Shown here piece by piece: positions 47,464 to 57,088 of a stretch of DNA of 57,088 nucleotides (positions within the stretch are counted from its first letter, which is position 1; each line of letters begins with the position of its first letter). Below the pieces are notes generated by a model. That model saw only the letters and a list, made by a program, of their open reading frames with translations. It was not told where the DNA came from and did not search any database. The stretch comes from Candidatus Bathyarchaeia archaeon. GTDB lineage: Archaea; Thermoproteota; Bathyarchaeia; Bathyarchaeales; Bathycorpusculaceae. The DNA is taken from the NCBI GenBank assembly GCA_050012755.1, contig JBEKGO010000016.1, forward strand, positions 1 through 57,088. Direction: 5' to 3'. Both the position numbers and the translations under genes were made by a program.

Positions 47464-50400
47464 TTACGCCTTCTCTTTTAATCTTAATTTTGGAGTGATG
47501 CAGAGGCTTTGAAGCTCTTGCAGTAAAAGCTTGAATGCGTAGGAGACGATTACTGGTGAAATCTTTGCCTTCTCGTCACATATTCTGCAGACATAACGTC
47601 TTTGTTTCATGTCAAAGTAAGCGATTTGCCCGCAGTTTTCGCATATGTAGAGCGTGTACTTGTCTGATTCTTCCAGAAGTCTGTCTCTAAGCAGCATGGC
47701 TGCGCCGTGTCCAATTAAGCAGTCTCGCTCCATTTCTCCGAATCTGAGACCACCACCTCGGGCTCTACCTTCAGTTGGCTGTCTTGTTAACATTTGAACT
47801 TGTCCGCGGGCTCTGGCATGTATTTTGTCAGCGACCATGTGGTGAAGTTTCTGGTAGTAAACTACGCCGACGAAAACGTCTGCAACGAATTTTTCGCCTG
47901 TTGTGCCGTTGTAGAATACTTCGCTTCCAGTGTGGCTGAAGCCAAGTTTTACTAGGCTCTTGCGTATTTCGTCTGGCCCTTCATTTGAGAATGGAGTTCC
48001 GTCTGCGGGTCGACCTCTTGCCGATGCTGCTTTTCCTGCGAGTGATTCGATGAATTGGCCGATGGTCATTCTTGACGGGATTGCATGTGGGTTGATTATT
48101 AGGTCAGGTACAATACCTTCGTCGGTGAAAGGTAAGTCTTCTTGTGGAACAATTAAGCCTATGACTCCTTTTTGTCCGTGGCGTGAAGCGAATTTGTCCC
48201 CGAGTTCTGGAATTCTTTGATCGCGAACGCGTACTTTTACAAGTTGGCTTCCTTCGCCAGACATTGTTATGAAGATGCCGTCTACGGTTCCTGTTTCTGA
48301 GGGACGCATATCAACTGATGTGTCTCGCATTGAGGGTCCCTTAACTTCAAATTCTTTGTATTCTTCAAGGAATCTGGGTGGGCTTATTCTTCCAATTAAT
48401 ACATCTCCGCCGACGACTTGTGATTCTAAACTGATTATTCCGTCAGGTTCCAAAAGTCTGTAGTATTGTTCGCCTCTGTAACCACGGGTTCCTGGTTCTG
48501 GAACAGTGAATTTGTCTTTTAATCCTCCTAAGTATTGGCGGCATTCAGCTTCGTAAATTCGGTAAAATGTAGATCTGGCTAAGCCTCGGTCTATTGATGC
48601 TTTGTTAAAGATTAATGCGTCTTCCATGTTATAGCCTTCGTAACTGAGCACGGCAACGACACAGTTCTGTCCTGTGGGGCGCTGTTTGTACCCCATGACT
48701 TCCATTAATTCTGTCTCAACCATTGGAACTTGTGGGTAATGCAAGATGTGTGAACGTGAATCGACTCTGTGATGGAAATTTGTGCCGTAAACACCTAAAG
48801 CTTGCTTAGCCATGGCTGCTTGGTATGAATTTCTGGGTGACTGATTGTGTTCTGGATAGGGGATTGTTGAAGCGCATATGCCGAGGATTGTGTAAGTGGC
48901 TATTTCAACATGGGTGTTTTCTTTGTTAATGTTGTCGAATGTTAAGGCAATGTACGCGTTCTCTTCTTCTTCAGCGTCCAAATACTCAATTAATCCATTC
49001 TTGACTACGTCTTCCCAAGTCCATTCACCTAAACCGATTTTTTCGAAATGTTGTGGTTGAAGTTTTGGCTCGCCGTTCTCAACGATTATGAGTGGGCGTC
49101 TGACTCTGCCTTCGTCACAGTTAGCATGGACTTCTTCAGTTTCGGTTTGCTGCTTTGAGAAGTAAGTTATATTAGCTTCAGTTGAGATTTCTCCAGCTCG
49201 CCTCTTCTCGCGGAAAGACTTCACTATGTCTTGAGGGTTATTGCAGTAGCCGATTATGTTTCCGTCAACGAAAACTTTGGCTCCCGAAATACGAAGTTCG
49301 CGGCTGGCTTCTCCTGCTGGAACAGAGCCCATTTCAAAAAGCAGTTGTTTAACTTTGTCAGGGTTCACGCCGACGGCAATAGAAGCTGATAGTGCGAGGT
49401 TTTTGACGAGACCGCAGTTAGAGCCTTCAGGTGTCTCGTTTGGACAGAGGCGTCCCCAGTGAGTTGGGTGTAAGTCTCTGGCTTCGAAGTTAGGTTGGCT
49501 TCTGCTAAGAGGAGATTGAAGTCTACGTAGATGACTTAATGTTGAGATGTAGTTTGTTCTGTCTAAGAGTTGGGTGATTCCGACTCTTCCTCTTCCCCAG
49601 TTGCCAGTTGCCAATGCATGCTGAAAACGTTCAGTTATTATGCCCGGGCGGACTGCAGCTGAAACAGTTATGATTGGGCCTTTAACGCCTATGCGTTCAA
49701 GCTGATATTTTATGTCTCTTGTCAAGTTTCTAAATGAAACACGGAAAAGGTCTGCTAGAAGTGGACCACCGAGGCGCAGACGTTTATTCTTAAAGTGGTC
49801 TTTATCATCTGGTTGTCTTCTTCCAGTTTTCAATTGAATGACGCGGTATGCCATTTCGCCGAGGAAAATTGCTTTTTCCTTGCGGTTTGCTTCACTTCTC
49901 CCAAGATGAGGCAGGAAGTTTTTGTCAAGGGCTGTTTCAGCTTTCTGTAAACGGTATTCCTCAACTTGTCCATGAGCAACACGATTTCCAATGAAAAGGA
50001 TTGCGTCTGAAGGTGTGTCTACACCGATGGCTTTTTCAAAGGACGACGCAAGTTGGCTTTGCATCTCGCTGTCAAGCGAAACAGCTTCTGCAATGTCCTT
50101 GTCTTTTTCCAAACTTAAGGCGCGCATAATTACTACGAACGGAATTTCTGTTGGCACACCAGGCATGGTGACGTAGATTGCGTCGTCTGATTTCAGTTTA
50201 AGTTCAATTCTTGCTCTGAAGCCTACCGTCGTTGAGAAGATTTTTGCTTGGAAAACAGGGGAGGTGCCTTTCTCGTCTATGTCAACTATTACGCGGTTAG
50301 GTGCCAGGTCTTCCATGGCTACGATGACTCGTTCGGAACCGTTAACCACAAAGTATCCGCCTTGATCATCTGGGTCTTCTCCAGCCGCGATTAACTCTTC

Positions 50401-50832
50401 TTTAGAGAGTTGAGATAAGAAACAAAGTTTTGATTTGAGCATGACTGGAATGTTTCCGATGTAGACAAGCTCGGTGTCTTGCTCTCTTCCGTCAATGACG
50501 GGAGTCATTTCTAGTGCAATGGGAGCCGAATAGGCTAAGTTTCTCAGTCGGGCTTCCATTGGATAAATTTCATGTTTTGTGCCATCAACTTCGGTCACGT
50601 ATGGACCGGTTATTCGTGATTGGGGGTCAATTACCCATATTTGTCCAAGTTTTACCTTGTATGGGCTTTCTGGCACTTCAATGGGAATTTCAGCGACTTC
50701 ATCAACAACTTCTTGTAAGCCGTGGTCGATGAATTCGTTGTAGCTGTCAAGGTGCTGCCTGACCAGGCCTTTTTCTTGGAAAAATGTCTTCAATAAATCA
50801 TGGATGTCTTCTTTTTGGATAAGGGTGGTCAA
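47464..50832 (-). CDS. rpoB: RNA polymerase subunit B (unsplit)
   Basis: GYFVVNGSER, ETPEGSNCGL, GDKFASRHGQKG, RFGEMERD. Confidence 0.98.
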   Translation of the reverse strand: MTTLIQKEDIHDLLKTFFQEKGLVRQHLDSYNEFIDHGLQEVVDEVAEIPIEVPESPYKVKLGQIWVIDPQSRITGPYVTEVDGTKHEIYPMEARLRNLAYSAPIALEMTPVIDGREQDTELVYIGNIPVMLKSKLCFLSQLSKEELIAAGEDPDDQGGYFVVNGSERVIVAMEDLAPNRVIVDIDEKGTSPVFQAKIFSTTVGFRARIELKLKSDDAIYVTMPGVPTEIPFVVIMRALSLEKDKDIAEAVSLDSEMQSQLASSFEKAIGVDTPSDAILFIGNRVAHGQVEEYRLQKAETALDKNFLPHLGRSEANRKEKAIFLGEMAYRVIQLKTGRRQPDDKDHFKNKRLRLGGPLLADLFRVSFRNLTRDIKYQLERIGVKGPIITVSAAVRPGIITERFQHALATGNWGRGRVGITQLLDRTNYISTLSHLRRLQSPLSRSQPNFEARDLHPTHWGRLCPNETPEGSNCGLVKNLALSASIAVGVNPDKVKQLLFEMGSVPAGEASRELRISGAKVFVDGNIIGYCNNPQDIVKSFREKRRAGEISTEANITYFSKQQTETEEVHANCDEGRVRRPLIIVENGEPKLQPQHFEKIGLGEWTWEDVVKNGLIEYLDAEEEENAYIALTFDNINKENTHVEIATYTILGICASTIPYPEHNQSPRNSYQAAMAKQALGVYGTNFHHRVDSRSHILHYPQVPMVETELMEVMGYKQRPTGQNCVVAVLSYEGYNMEDALIFNKASIDRGLARSTFYRIYEAECRQYLGGLKDKFTVPEPGTRGYRGEQYYRLLEPDGIISLESQVVGGDVLIGRISPPRFLEEYKEFEVKGPSMRDTSVDMRPSETGTVDGIFITMSGEGSQLVKVRVRDQRIPELGDKFASRHGQKGVIGLIVPQEDLPFTDEGIVPDLIINPHAIPSRMTIGQFIESLAGKAASARGRPADGTPFSNEGPDEIRKSLVKLGFSHTGSEVFYNGTTGEKFVADVFVGVVYYQKLHHMVADKIHARARGQVQMLTRQPTEGRARGGGLRFGEMERDCLIGHGAAMLLRDRLLEESDKYTLYICENCGQIAYFDMKQRRYVCRICDEKAKISPVIVSYAFKLLLQELQSLCITPKLRLKEKA

Positions 50833-51403
50833 TTTTTCAATTCTCCATAAATTTTATGTTTGTTTGTGATTTTGTTAGTGTTTTCAAACTTCCATCTCCT
50901 TCAATAATGGGATCATCCAATTTGAAAAAGGGTTTGAGTTAACTTTTCTAAGAGCACAACAAACAGCTACATAGCCCACTAATAAACTTTTTCTTGCATA
51001 TCCAGACTAAATTGAAGGTTGTCTAAACTTTCCTGTAGCTAAACCATCCAAAAAATTTTGCGTTGTTGCCGTTGCAAAGAGCAAAAACCAAAACAAAGCA
51101 AAAAAACAACTGTAACCTGCAAATAGTCCACCGCTTGGTTTAAGCAAGCTAAAGAGAAGTGAGAAAACGCTTTTTACCTAAAAAGAACCAGTTTAAATTG
51201 TTATAAGAAGAACAACAAAAGTTTTTTGCATTTGTCATGTGCAGCTTGTTTTGCGTTGCTTTTTTATCAGAACTTGCAGGTGGTGTGTTGCGAAGGCGGC
51301 AAAGAAATAAAAAAATTTTCAGCGACTACCTATAGGTCAAAATATATACATTTTGTCAGTACATTTGTATATACAAAAGTTAATTGGCGATTTTTATCAC
51401 GAT

Positions 51404-51485
51404 TAAAAGAAAAGTAACAACATTTGTGTTGCCATTTTTGAACATAAAAGAAAAGTAACAACATTTGTGTTGCCATTTTTGAACA
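51404..51485. repeat. Exact 41-bp tandem duplication
   Basis: TAAAAGAAAAGTAACAACATTTGTGTTGCCATTTTTGAACA at 51404-51444 and 51445-51485. Confidence 0.95.
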
Positions 51486-51494
51486 GGCTCTTCA

Positions 51495-51640
51495 GGTTGC
51501 TTTTTTGTTTAGAGCTTAAATCTTTTGTAGGTTGCGGTTTAAAACGGTTCGGAACGGTCCAAAAAGGTCCGACACGGTCTAGAACGGTCTGGAAAGGTCT
51601 GTTAAGGTTGCCGCTAAATCAAAAAGTGGTCTTCAAAAAT
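51495..51640. repeat. Dispersed element copy B: conserved head plus seven 10-bp phased units
   Basis: Units from 51537: gtttaaaacg gttcggaacg gtccaaaaag gtccgacacg gtctagaacg gtctggaaag gtctgttaag. Head shared with 212-254. Confidence 0.85.
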
Positions 51641-52258
51641 AACCAAACCTTTCGATATTCCTGTAGGTCCTGAAGATAATAATAGTATCCATGCAAAGAG
51701 TATAGTTTTTGATATTGGCGAAAATCCAGAAACCAGTGGAAAACTATTTATCAAAAAGCTAATTGAAAATATGAAAAATGGCACTGCTTTAAGAGCCTAA
51801 AAGAGTAAGCCATTAGAGAACCAGTCTAAACTTCGGTATGGGAATCAGTCACCAGCTTACTAATCAAGCAATAATAATAGATACATTGAACAGACCATAT
51901 GTATTCTAGACTCAACAATATTTTCCCGCAAAACAACCAAGACAGCACTTGGAAAACGTTTACTGGCAACGAAAGATTGGCAAGCCCAACCCTGCAGATT
52001 ATTCGTCGAAAACCACCTAAGCGAATTACTCACCTGCAGCACAGAACTCCCAAAGAAATTGACGATAGACGTTTCATCTAATAAATTCAGGGGTTTTTAA
52101 ACTTATAGAAAAACTTTTAGGTAAAAATTGCAATAAATTGATATTAATTAAGCGAGCGAATTTAGCTAGTCAGTTGCTAGAATTCACCATATTAGTCTAG
52201 GCTAATGTCCAAATAGAAATGCTTAAAGCCTAGCAAATGTATAAGGTCTAGATTAGAT

Positions 52259-53152
52259 ATGGTTACTGCATGCGCCACCACAACTGCTCCTAAGCTAAGG
52301 TATAATACAAAGCATAAAATTTATTTTAAAGATTCTCAAAAGATGCCAGAGATCGAAACTAATTCCATCCAATTGGTAGTTACCTCACCTCCCTATTGGA
52401 ACATAAAGGATTATGGCCATCCTAACCAGATAGGTTATAGAGATAGCTTAGATGAGTACTTAACGAAACTTAGTAACGTTTGGACCGAGTGTATAAGGGT
52501 ACTCCAACCAGGTTGTAGGTTATGCATAAACATTGGTGACCAATACCTTAGGGCATCAGACAAAGAACCCTACCACATTGTACCGCTACACGCCCATCTA
52601 GTAAACAGCATATTACTTGAACACAAGAAAAATATATTCTATCTGGGGAGCATTATTTGGAATAAAATTTCAAACACAAAAACAAGTGGGGGCGCTTCTG
52701 TAATGGGTTCTTATGGTTACCCAAGAAATGGGTATGTTAGCTATAACTACGAATATATTGCAATTTTTAAAAAGAAGGGTTTAGCGCCTAAACCTTCTAA
52801 TCAAATTAAGGAAAAAGCGTCAATCAATCTTCGACAATGGCGAAAATTGTTTACAGGCATTTGGCGTTTTAATGGCGCTCGACAAATTGGTCATGTTGCC
52901 ATTTTTCCTGATGAGTTACCAAAAAGATTGATCCAAATGTTTACTTATGAAAACGACATAGTGCTTGATCCTTTTCTAGGAAGTGGAACCACAACACGCG
53001 TTGCTTACAAACTCCAAAGAAATAGCGTAGGTTATGAGATTGGATTTAAATCGCCAAATATAGGCGATACCGTAGAAGCAATAAAGGAAAAAATTTACTA
53101 TTATCAAACGCCGAGTAAAAAAAGGAAAGATGTCTTTCCTACCTTGAATTGA
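52259..53152 (+). CDS. Beta-class DNA methyltransferase (N4-C/N6-A), no cognate nuclease seen
   Basis: VTSPPY precedes VLDPFLGSGTT; H.A.FP.EL. Confidence 0.93.
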   Translation: MVTACATTTAPKLRYNTKHKIYFKDSQKMPEIETNSIQLVVTSPPYWNIKDYGHPNQIGYRDSLDEYLTKLSNVWTECIRVLQPGCRLCINIGDQYLRASDKEPYHIVPLHAHLVNSILLEHKKNIFYLGSIIWNKISNTKTSGGASVMGSYGYPRNGYVSYNYEYIAIFKKKGLAPKPSNQIKEKASINLRQWRKLFTGIWRFNGARQIGHVAIFPDELPKRLIQMFTYENDIVLDPFLGSGTTTRVAYKLQRNSVGYEIGFKSPNIGDTVEAIKEKIYYYQTPSKKRKDVFPTLN

Positions 53153-53154
53153 GA

Positions 53155-53535
53155 TCAAATAATATCTTCATCTTCTTCAAATTCGTCAGTTTCCTCAAAG
53201 TCTTCTTTATAATAGGTTTCGAAAAAAACAATAGCACGGGCTTGTCTTGTTGATAATCCTCTTGCTCGTCTCTCAAGCGTTTTCACATATGAATTTAGTT
53301 CTTCCTGGTTTTCTATCAAGAAATATCCTTTATTGTCTAGAGCACCAATTGGTAAATGTTTATTCTTCATAAGTGTTCTAATTAGCATTCTCGTATTTAC
53401 AAAAGTATCATTGTCTTTTATTCCCACTGTTTTTGCTATTTCACGCGCAGTAATGGCGTTCTTTCTCCCAATGCGCTTCATTAGTATTGCTTCAATTTCT
53501 GCCATTTGCTTCTCTTGGCGTTCCATCTTTATCAC
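53155..53535 (-). CDS. wHTH DNA-binding protein of a type common on mobile elements, acidic tail
   Basis: GRKNAITAREIA...LPIGA...KGYFLIENQEE. Confidence 0.65.
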   Translation of the reverse strand: MIKMERQEKQMAEIEAILMKRIGRKNAITAREIAKTVGIKDNDTFVNTRMLIRTLMKNKHLPIGALDNKGYFLIENQEELNSYVKTLERRARGLSTRQARAIVFFETYYKEDFEETDEFEEDEDII

Positions 53536-53655
53536 CTCATTGTTTTATCTTATTGGTTGTTTTGCGCTTTTACTTTTGCGGTAGCCAGACAGCCTCTATC
53601 CGGTTTATAAAAAACTCAAATACTTAGTCAGCACAAAAAGAGATTTGGGATAAAA

Positions 53656-54036
53656 ATGAGCGAAAGAATTGAGAACAATTCAGCTGCAAGCTTGATTGGT
53701 TTTTGTGGGGCAGATTGCGGTGAATGCAAGGCTTTTATTGCCACAAAGAAAAATGACTCCGAAATGAAGAAAGCAATCGTTGAAGAATGGTCAAAGCAAC
53801 TGGGTGTCCAGTTGAAACCTGAGGACATGACCTGTGTTGGATGCGCAGTCGTTGATGGGCCGCATGTGGGCTACTGTGCTGTCTGCAAAATAAGGACTTG
53901 CGGAGTGCAAAAAAAGGTTCAAAACTGCGGATATTGCCTTGAATACGGATGCGACAAACTGAAAGTCGTTCATGATCGCTCGCCTAAAGCAAAAGCCCAG
54001 TTGGAAGAGATACAGAAACTGACCAAGAAAAAATAG
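53656..54036 (+). CDS. DUF3795 Cys-rich protein
   Basis: CGADCGEC, CVGC, CAVCKIRTC, NCGYC.EY.C. Confidence 0.85.
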   Translation: MSERIENNSAASLIGFCGADCGECKAFIATKKNDSEMKKAIVEEWSKQLGVQLKPEDMTCVGCAVVDGPHVGYCAVCKIRTCGVQKKVQNCGYCLEYGCDKLKVVHDRSPKAKAQLEEIQKLTKKK

Positions 54037-54114
54037 GCAGTTTATCACTCGAAGAACAGTTTATGCCAAAAAGCAAGCTCAAAATAGCCCAACGAGTTTA
54101 AACCTAAGGCGAAA

Positions 54115-55905
54115 TTGATGACCAGCAAGGAACAGGAAATCACTTGGGATTTATCGGAACTTTTTCCCAGTATAAATGATCCATCCATCGAAAAAACAGT
54201 TGCAGAAATGAAAGTTTTTGCGAATGATTTTGAGAAGAAATACCGAGGAAAAATAGCTTCTTTTAACTCAGTCAGTCTATTTCAGTGCATCCAAGAATTG
54301 GAAGCTTTTGAAGTTAAGTCAGGAAGCATTTCGCTTTTTGCGGGATTATCATTCGCAGCTAACATGACATTGCCAGAAACTCAAGCACTCTACGATAGGA
54401 CAAGCAAACTTGAGGCGCAGCTTGGGAAACAGTTAGCGTTCTTTTCACTGGAACTCGGTGCACTCGTAAAGGCCAAACCTGAGATAATCCAAGAACCTGC
54501 TTTGTCAGGCTACAAGCATATGTTGGAGCGGGTTCAGCGGCGTGTACCACATCAGCTTTCGGAGGTGGAGGAACAGCTTGTTATCGAGAAGGATCAGTTT
54601 GGGGTGCAGGCTTGGGAGGAACTGCAGAGCAAATGGCTCAACACTCGCATGTTTGATGTTATGGTTATAGGAGAAAAGAAGACGCTTAGCTACGGAGAAG
54701 CAAACGGGCTTTTGCCTCACCCCGATAGGGCAACAAGGGAATCCGCGAACCGCTCAATTTACGGGTTACTTGGCAGAGACGGCGAAATCTTCGCCTCAGC
54801 CTTACGGAGCATCTGCAACGACTGGGTAACCGTTTCACAGCGCAGAAAGTACGCGTCGCCCATGGAGTCAAGCCTCATAAACAATGACACCGAGGAGGCA
54901 ATAGTTGACAACTTGCTACGCTCAATGGAGGCTAACGTGGGCACATATCGGCGCTACCTTAAAGTTAAAGCTAAACTGATGAACCTGCCATTACTTGGGA
55001 ACCATGACATCGTTGCCCCCTTGTCTAATACCCCTGAAATGAAGTTTACGTTTGAGCAAGCCAAATATCTCATAATTAAGACGTACAGTCACTTTGATGC
55101 TGATTATGCAACTGCAGCTGGGGACATGTTTGCCAGACGACACATTGATGCTTCACCAAGGTTTGGCAAACGCAACGGAGCCTTCAACGCTGACTGGTAC
55201 AATGGAAAATCAGCATTCGTCTTGCAAAGTTTCACGGGGACACTAAATGACGTCTATACATTAGCGCATGAGCTTGGGCATTCAACACATGACTATTATG
55301 CTTCACGCAAGCAGACGCTAATGAACATGAACGTTCCAGCCATAGTCGGCGAAACAGCATCAATATTTGGCGAGCTTTTGCTAACAGATCTGCTTCTCAG
55401 TGAGGCAAAATCTGACGCGGAGCGAAAAGCTGTTCTTTGTTTGGTGTTGGATGAGGCTGGCATGACAACGTTCCAAGTTACCGCCCGCGTCTGGTTCGAA
55501 CAAGCACTCTACAAATCCATTCAGCAAAGTGAATACCTCGATTACAAAACAATCTGTAGTCACTGGACCGAAGCGCGCGACCGCATCTACGGCAACACAG
55601 TCGCATGGTTCCCTGAAATGGAAGCCGAATGGACCATGAAACCCCACTATTACATGGCAAACTACCGCTTCTACAACTATCCCTATGTCTACGCTCAAAT
55701 GTTCGTCTACGCACTCTACGAGCGTTACTTGGAAGAGGGCAAAGCGTTTGTGCCTAAACTGGTGAAGGCTTTGTCTGCGGGCAGTAGTGTGTCGCCGTTG
55801 GAAATCGGCAAAATCGTGGGCTTAAACGTGGCAGACCCAAGCTTTTGGATGGGCGGCTTGAAGGTGTTTGAACAGTTCATTGCTGACCTTGAAAAAGTTA
55901 TCTAA
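54115..55905 (+). CDS. pepF: M3B oligoendopeptidase F
   Basis: WDLSELF, GKRNGAF, LAHELGH, ETASIFGE, PHYY...FYNYPY. Confidence 0.92.
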   Translation: MMTSKEQEITWDLSELFPSINDPSIEKTVAEMKVFANDFEKKYRGKIASFNSVSLFQCIQELEAFEVKSGSISLFAGLSFAANMTLPETQALYDRTSKLEAQLGKQLAFFSLELGALVKAKPEIIQEPALSGYKHMLERVQRRVPHQLSEVEEQLVIEKDQFGVQAWEELQSKWLNTRMFDVMVIGEKKTLSYGEANGLLPHPDRATRESANRSIYGLLGRDGEIFASALRSICNDWVTVSQRRKYASPMESSLINNDTEEAIVDNLLRSMEANVGTYRRYLKVKAKLMNLPLLGNHDIVAPLSNTPEMKFTFEQAKYLIIKTYSHFDADYATAAGDMFARRHIDASPRFGKRNGAFNADWYNGKSAFVLQSFTGTLNDVYTLAHELGHSTHDYYASRKQTLMNMNVPAIVGETASIFGELLLTDLLLSEAKSDAERKAVLCLVLDEAGMTTFQVTARVWFEQALYKSIQQSEYLDYKTICSHWTEARDRIYGNTVAWFPEMEAEWTMKPHYYMANYRFYNYPYVYAQMFVYALYERYLEEGKAFVPKLVKALSAGSSVSPLEIGKIVGLNVADPSFWMGGLKVFEQFIADLEKVI

Positions 55906-55971
55906 TCAAAAAAACGAAGGGCAAATGATTAATAAGAAAGAAAACGGAAAGTCCTTAGCCGAAAACTGTGT

Positions 55972-56093
55972 GCTGCGGTAACCAAGCCAGGTCAAAGGTG
56001 AAGGACTCAAGATCAAACATTTGGCCTGAAATGGGCTCATGATGGGAAATCCTTTCCCGCAGGGGTTCGCAGGTTCGAATCCTGCCCGCAGCA
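55972..56093 (+). tRNA. tRNA-Leu(CAA) with a 37-nt intron (56012-56048) at position 37/38
   Basis: Acceptor GCTGCGG/CCGCAGC, arm AAGGA-CTCAAG|A-TCCTT, BHB (CTCA/TGGG helix, AGA and AAA bulges), long variable arm, GGTTCGAATCC. Confidence 0.95.
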
Positions 56094-56350
56094 CTTTTAG
56101 TCTCATTATGAGCTTGTTTTGGTAAATACACTAAAAATAGGCTTTTTAAAATATGCCTTGCACAAGACAGCACACGAATTTTAAGCAAGGAAGAATGTTG
56201 CCCTCCTCATCGCGGGACGATACTGGTTGGGCGACTTATAAGTGAAGATCATCTGTGGTTAATTAAAAATCAGCCTGCCGAAGTCTGGGTTCAAATCCCA
56301 ACGTGCTACTAATTTGTTTCTTAAGACGCGCACGATATAGGTTTGCTTGT

Positions 56351-57088
56351 TTATTGCCTGACGTAGTTGCCAGTGATAGCTCCAGTGCCTGAGACTGTGA
56401 TTGTTGCTGTTTGCAGTGTGGACAGGCCTGTGGTTGATTTCCACACGTAGTGGCTGTTACTCCCTGTTAGTGGCGAAAGGAATTGGAATGTATGCGTGGA
56501 GCTTTTGTCCCACCAGAAAGACGAAGACAAAGCGTTGCTGGCATAGCTGGTGCCGTCTATTTTAACAACCGTTCCTTTGAAGTCAGAACCGATGCCTGAT
56601 TGGCTGAACGTTACTTTGTACTGTGTCTTGTAGTTTGCAGTTAATGTTTGCGGCGCGTTCATCGTTATCGAGGAATGCGAATTTGCACTAGAACCGTCAC
56701 TCCACGATGTGAAAACGTATCTTACGCCTGACCCGTCCGAGACTGTTGAGTCTACGCCAATCGACCCTGTGGAACTGCCTGCATTGATCCACGTTGTGAA
56801 CGAGGAGGCATCGGATGCGTGGCCTAAGTTGTCACCTCCGAGATTAACGTTGGTTGAATAGGGTGAAGGCACTCCGTTGGTTTTTATCGTTAACTGGAAC
56901 TGATGACCCCAGAATGCATATTCCATTATTGGACCATTCATAGTTACTGCGTTAGATGCTGGGTTGCTCGTACCTGTGTAACTGCCGCTGCCAAATCCTA
57001 TCCAGAAGTACCATAGATATCGTTCGCCTGCTACAGTGGTCGGTGCAGTCGCTGATATCGTTACCTTGGAACCCGCGTTGAACCAGCC
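56351..57088 (-). CDS. C-terminal part of a large surface protein with beta-rich repeats; starts outside the window
   Basis: The frame stays open upstream of ATG 56941. Repeats of RYxFxxW-x-G...ITMNxPxTxTANY; Ser/Thr/Gly rich. Confidence 0.8.
   Translation of the reverse strand, partial: GWFNAGSKVTISATAPTTVAGERYLWYFWIGFGSGSYTGTSNPASNAVTMNGPIMEYAFWGHQFQLTIKTNGVPSPYSTNVNLGGDNLGHASDASSFTTWINAGSSTGSIGVDSTVSDGSGVRYVFTSWSDGSSANSHSSITMNAPQTLTANYKTQYKVTFSQSGIGSDFKGTVVKIDGTSYASNALSSSFWWDKSSTHTFQFLSPLTGSNSHYVWKSTTGLSTLQTATITVSGTGAITGNYVRQ

Noticed and set aside
43628-50832. Inteins in RpoA/RpoB (also checked Cdc6 and Lhr)
   Set aside because: Lengths are normal and no splice-junction or LAGLIDADG motifs were seen.
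51404-51610. Possible CRISPR array
   Set aside because: Repeats are adjacent with no unique spacers, and there are no cas genes in the window.

Overview
Archaeal chromosomal segment, most likely Bathyarchaeia/TACK. This is inferred from the unsplit RpoB, fused RpoA'/A'', long RPB5-like RpoH, frequent TTG starts and a BHB-intron tRNA. Core content: 5' end of SRP RNA, trpEGDCBA (no trpF), tRNA-Lys(CUU), rpoH, ModE plus tupABC tungstate uptake, thiolase/DUF35, Lhr, cdc6-wHTH-moaCBA, pdaD, nucS, rpoB-rpoA-rpl30e-nusA, oligoendopeptidase F and tRNA-Leu(CAA) with intron. Highlights: (1) a three-gene operon encoding a short SMC5/6-like ATPase with no evident hinge or zinc hook, plus kleisin-like and KITE-like partners; (2) trpE has no in-frame canonical start for its N-terminus but has an upstream ATG frame with a prfB-like CUU-UGG site, a candidate Trp-sensing +1 frameshift (or a 1-nt error); (3) two families of dispersed non-coding elements with 10-bp phasing; (4) an unannotated ~100-nt structured RNA; (5) an apparent ~39-kb inversion separating rpoH from rpoB; (6) a DUF4011-helicase-nuclease (Hhe-like) defence candidate and an orphan DNA methyltransferase islet. 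All calls come from reading motifs; no searches were run.
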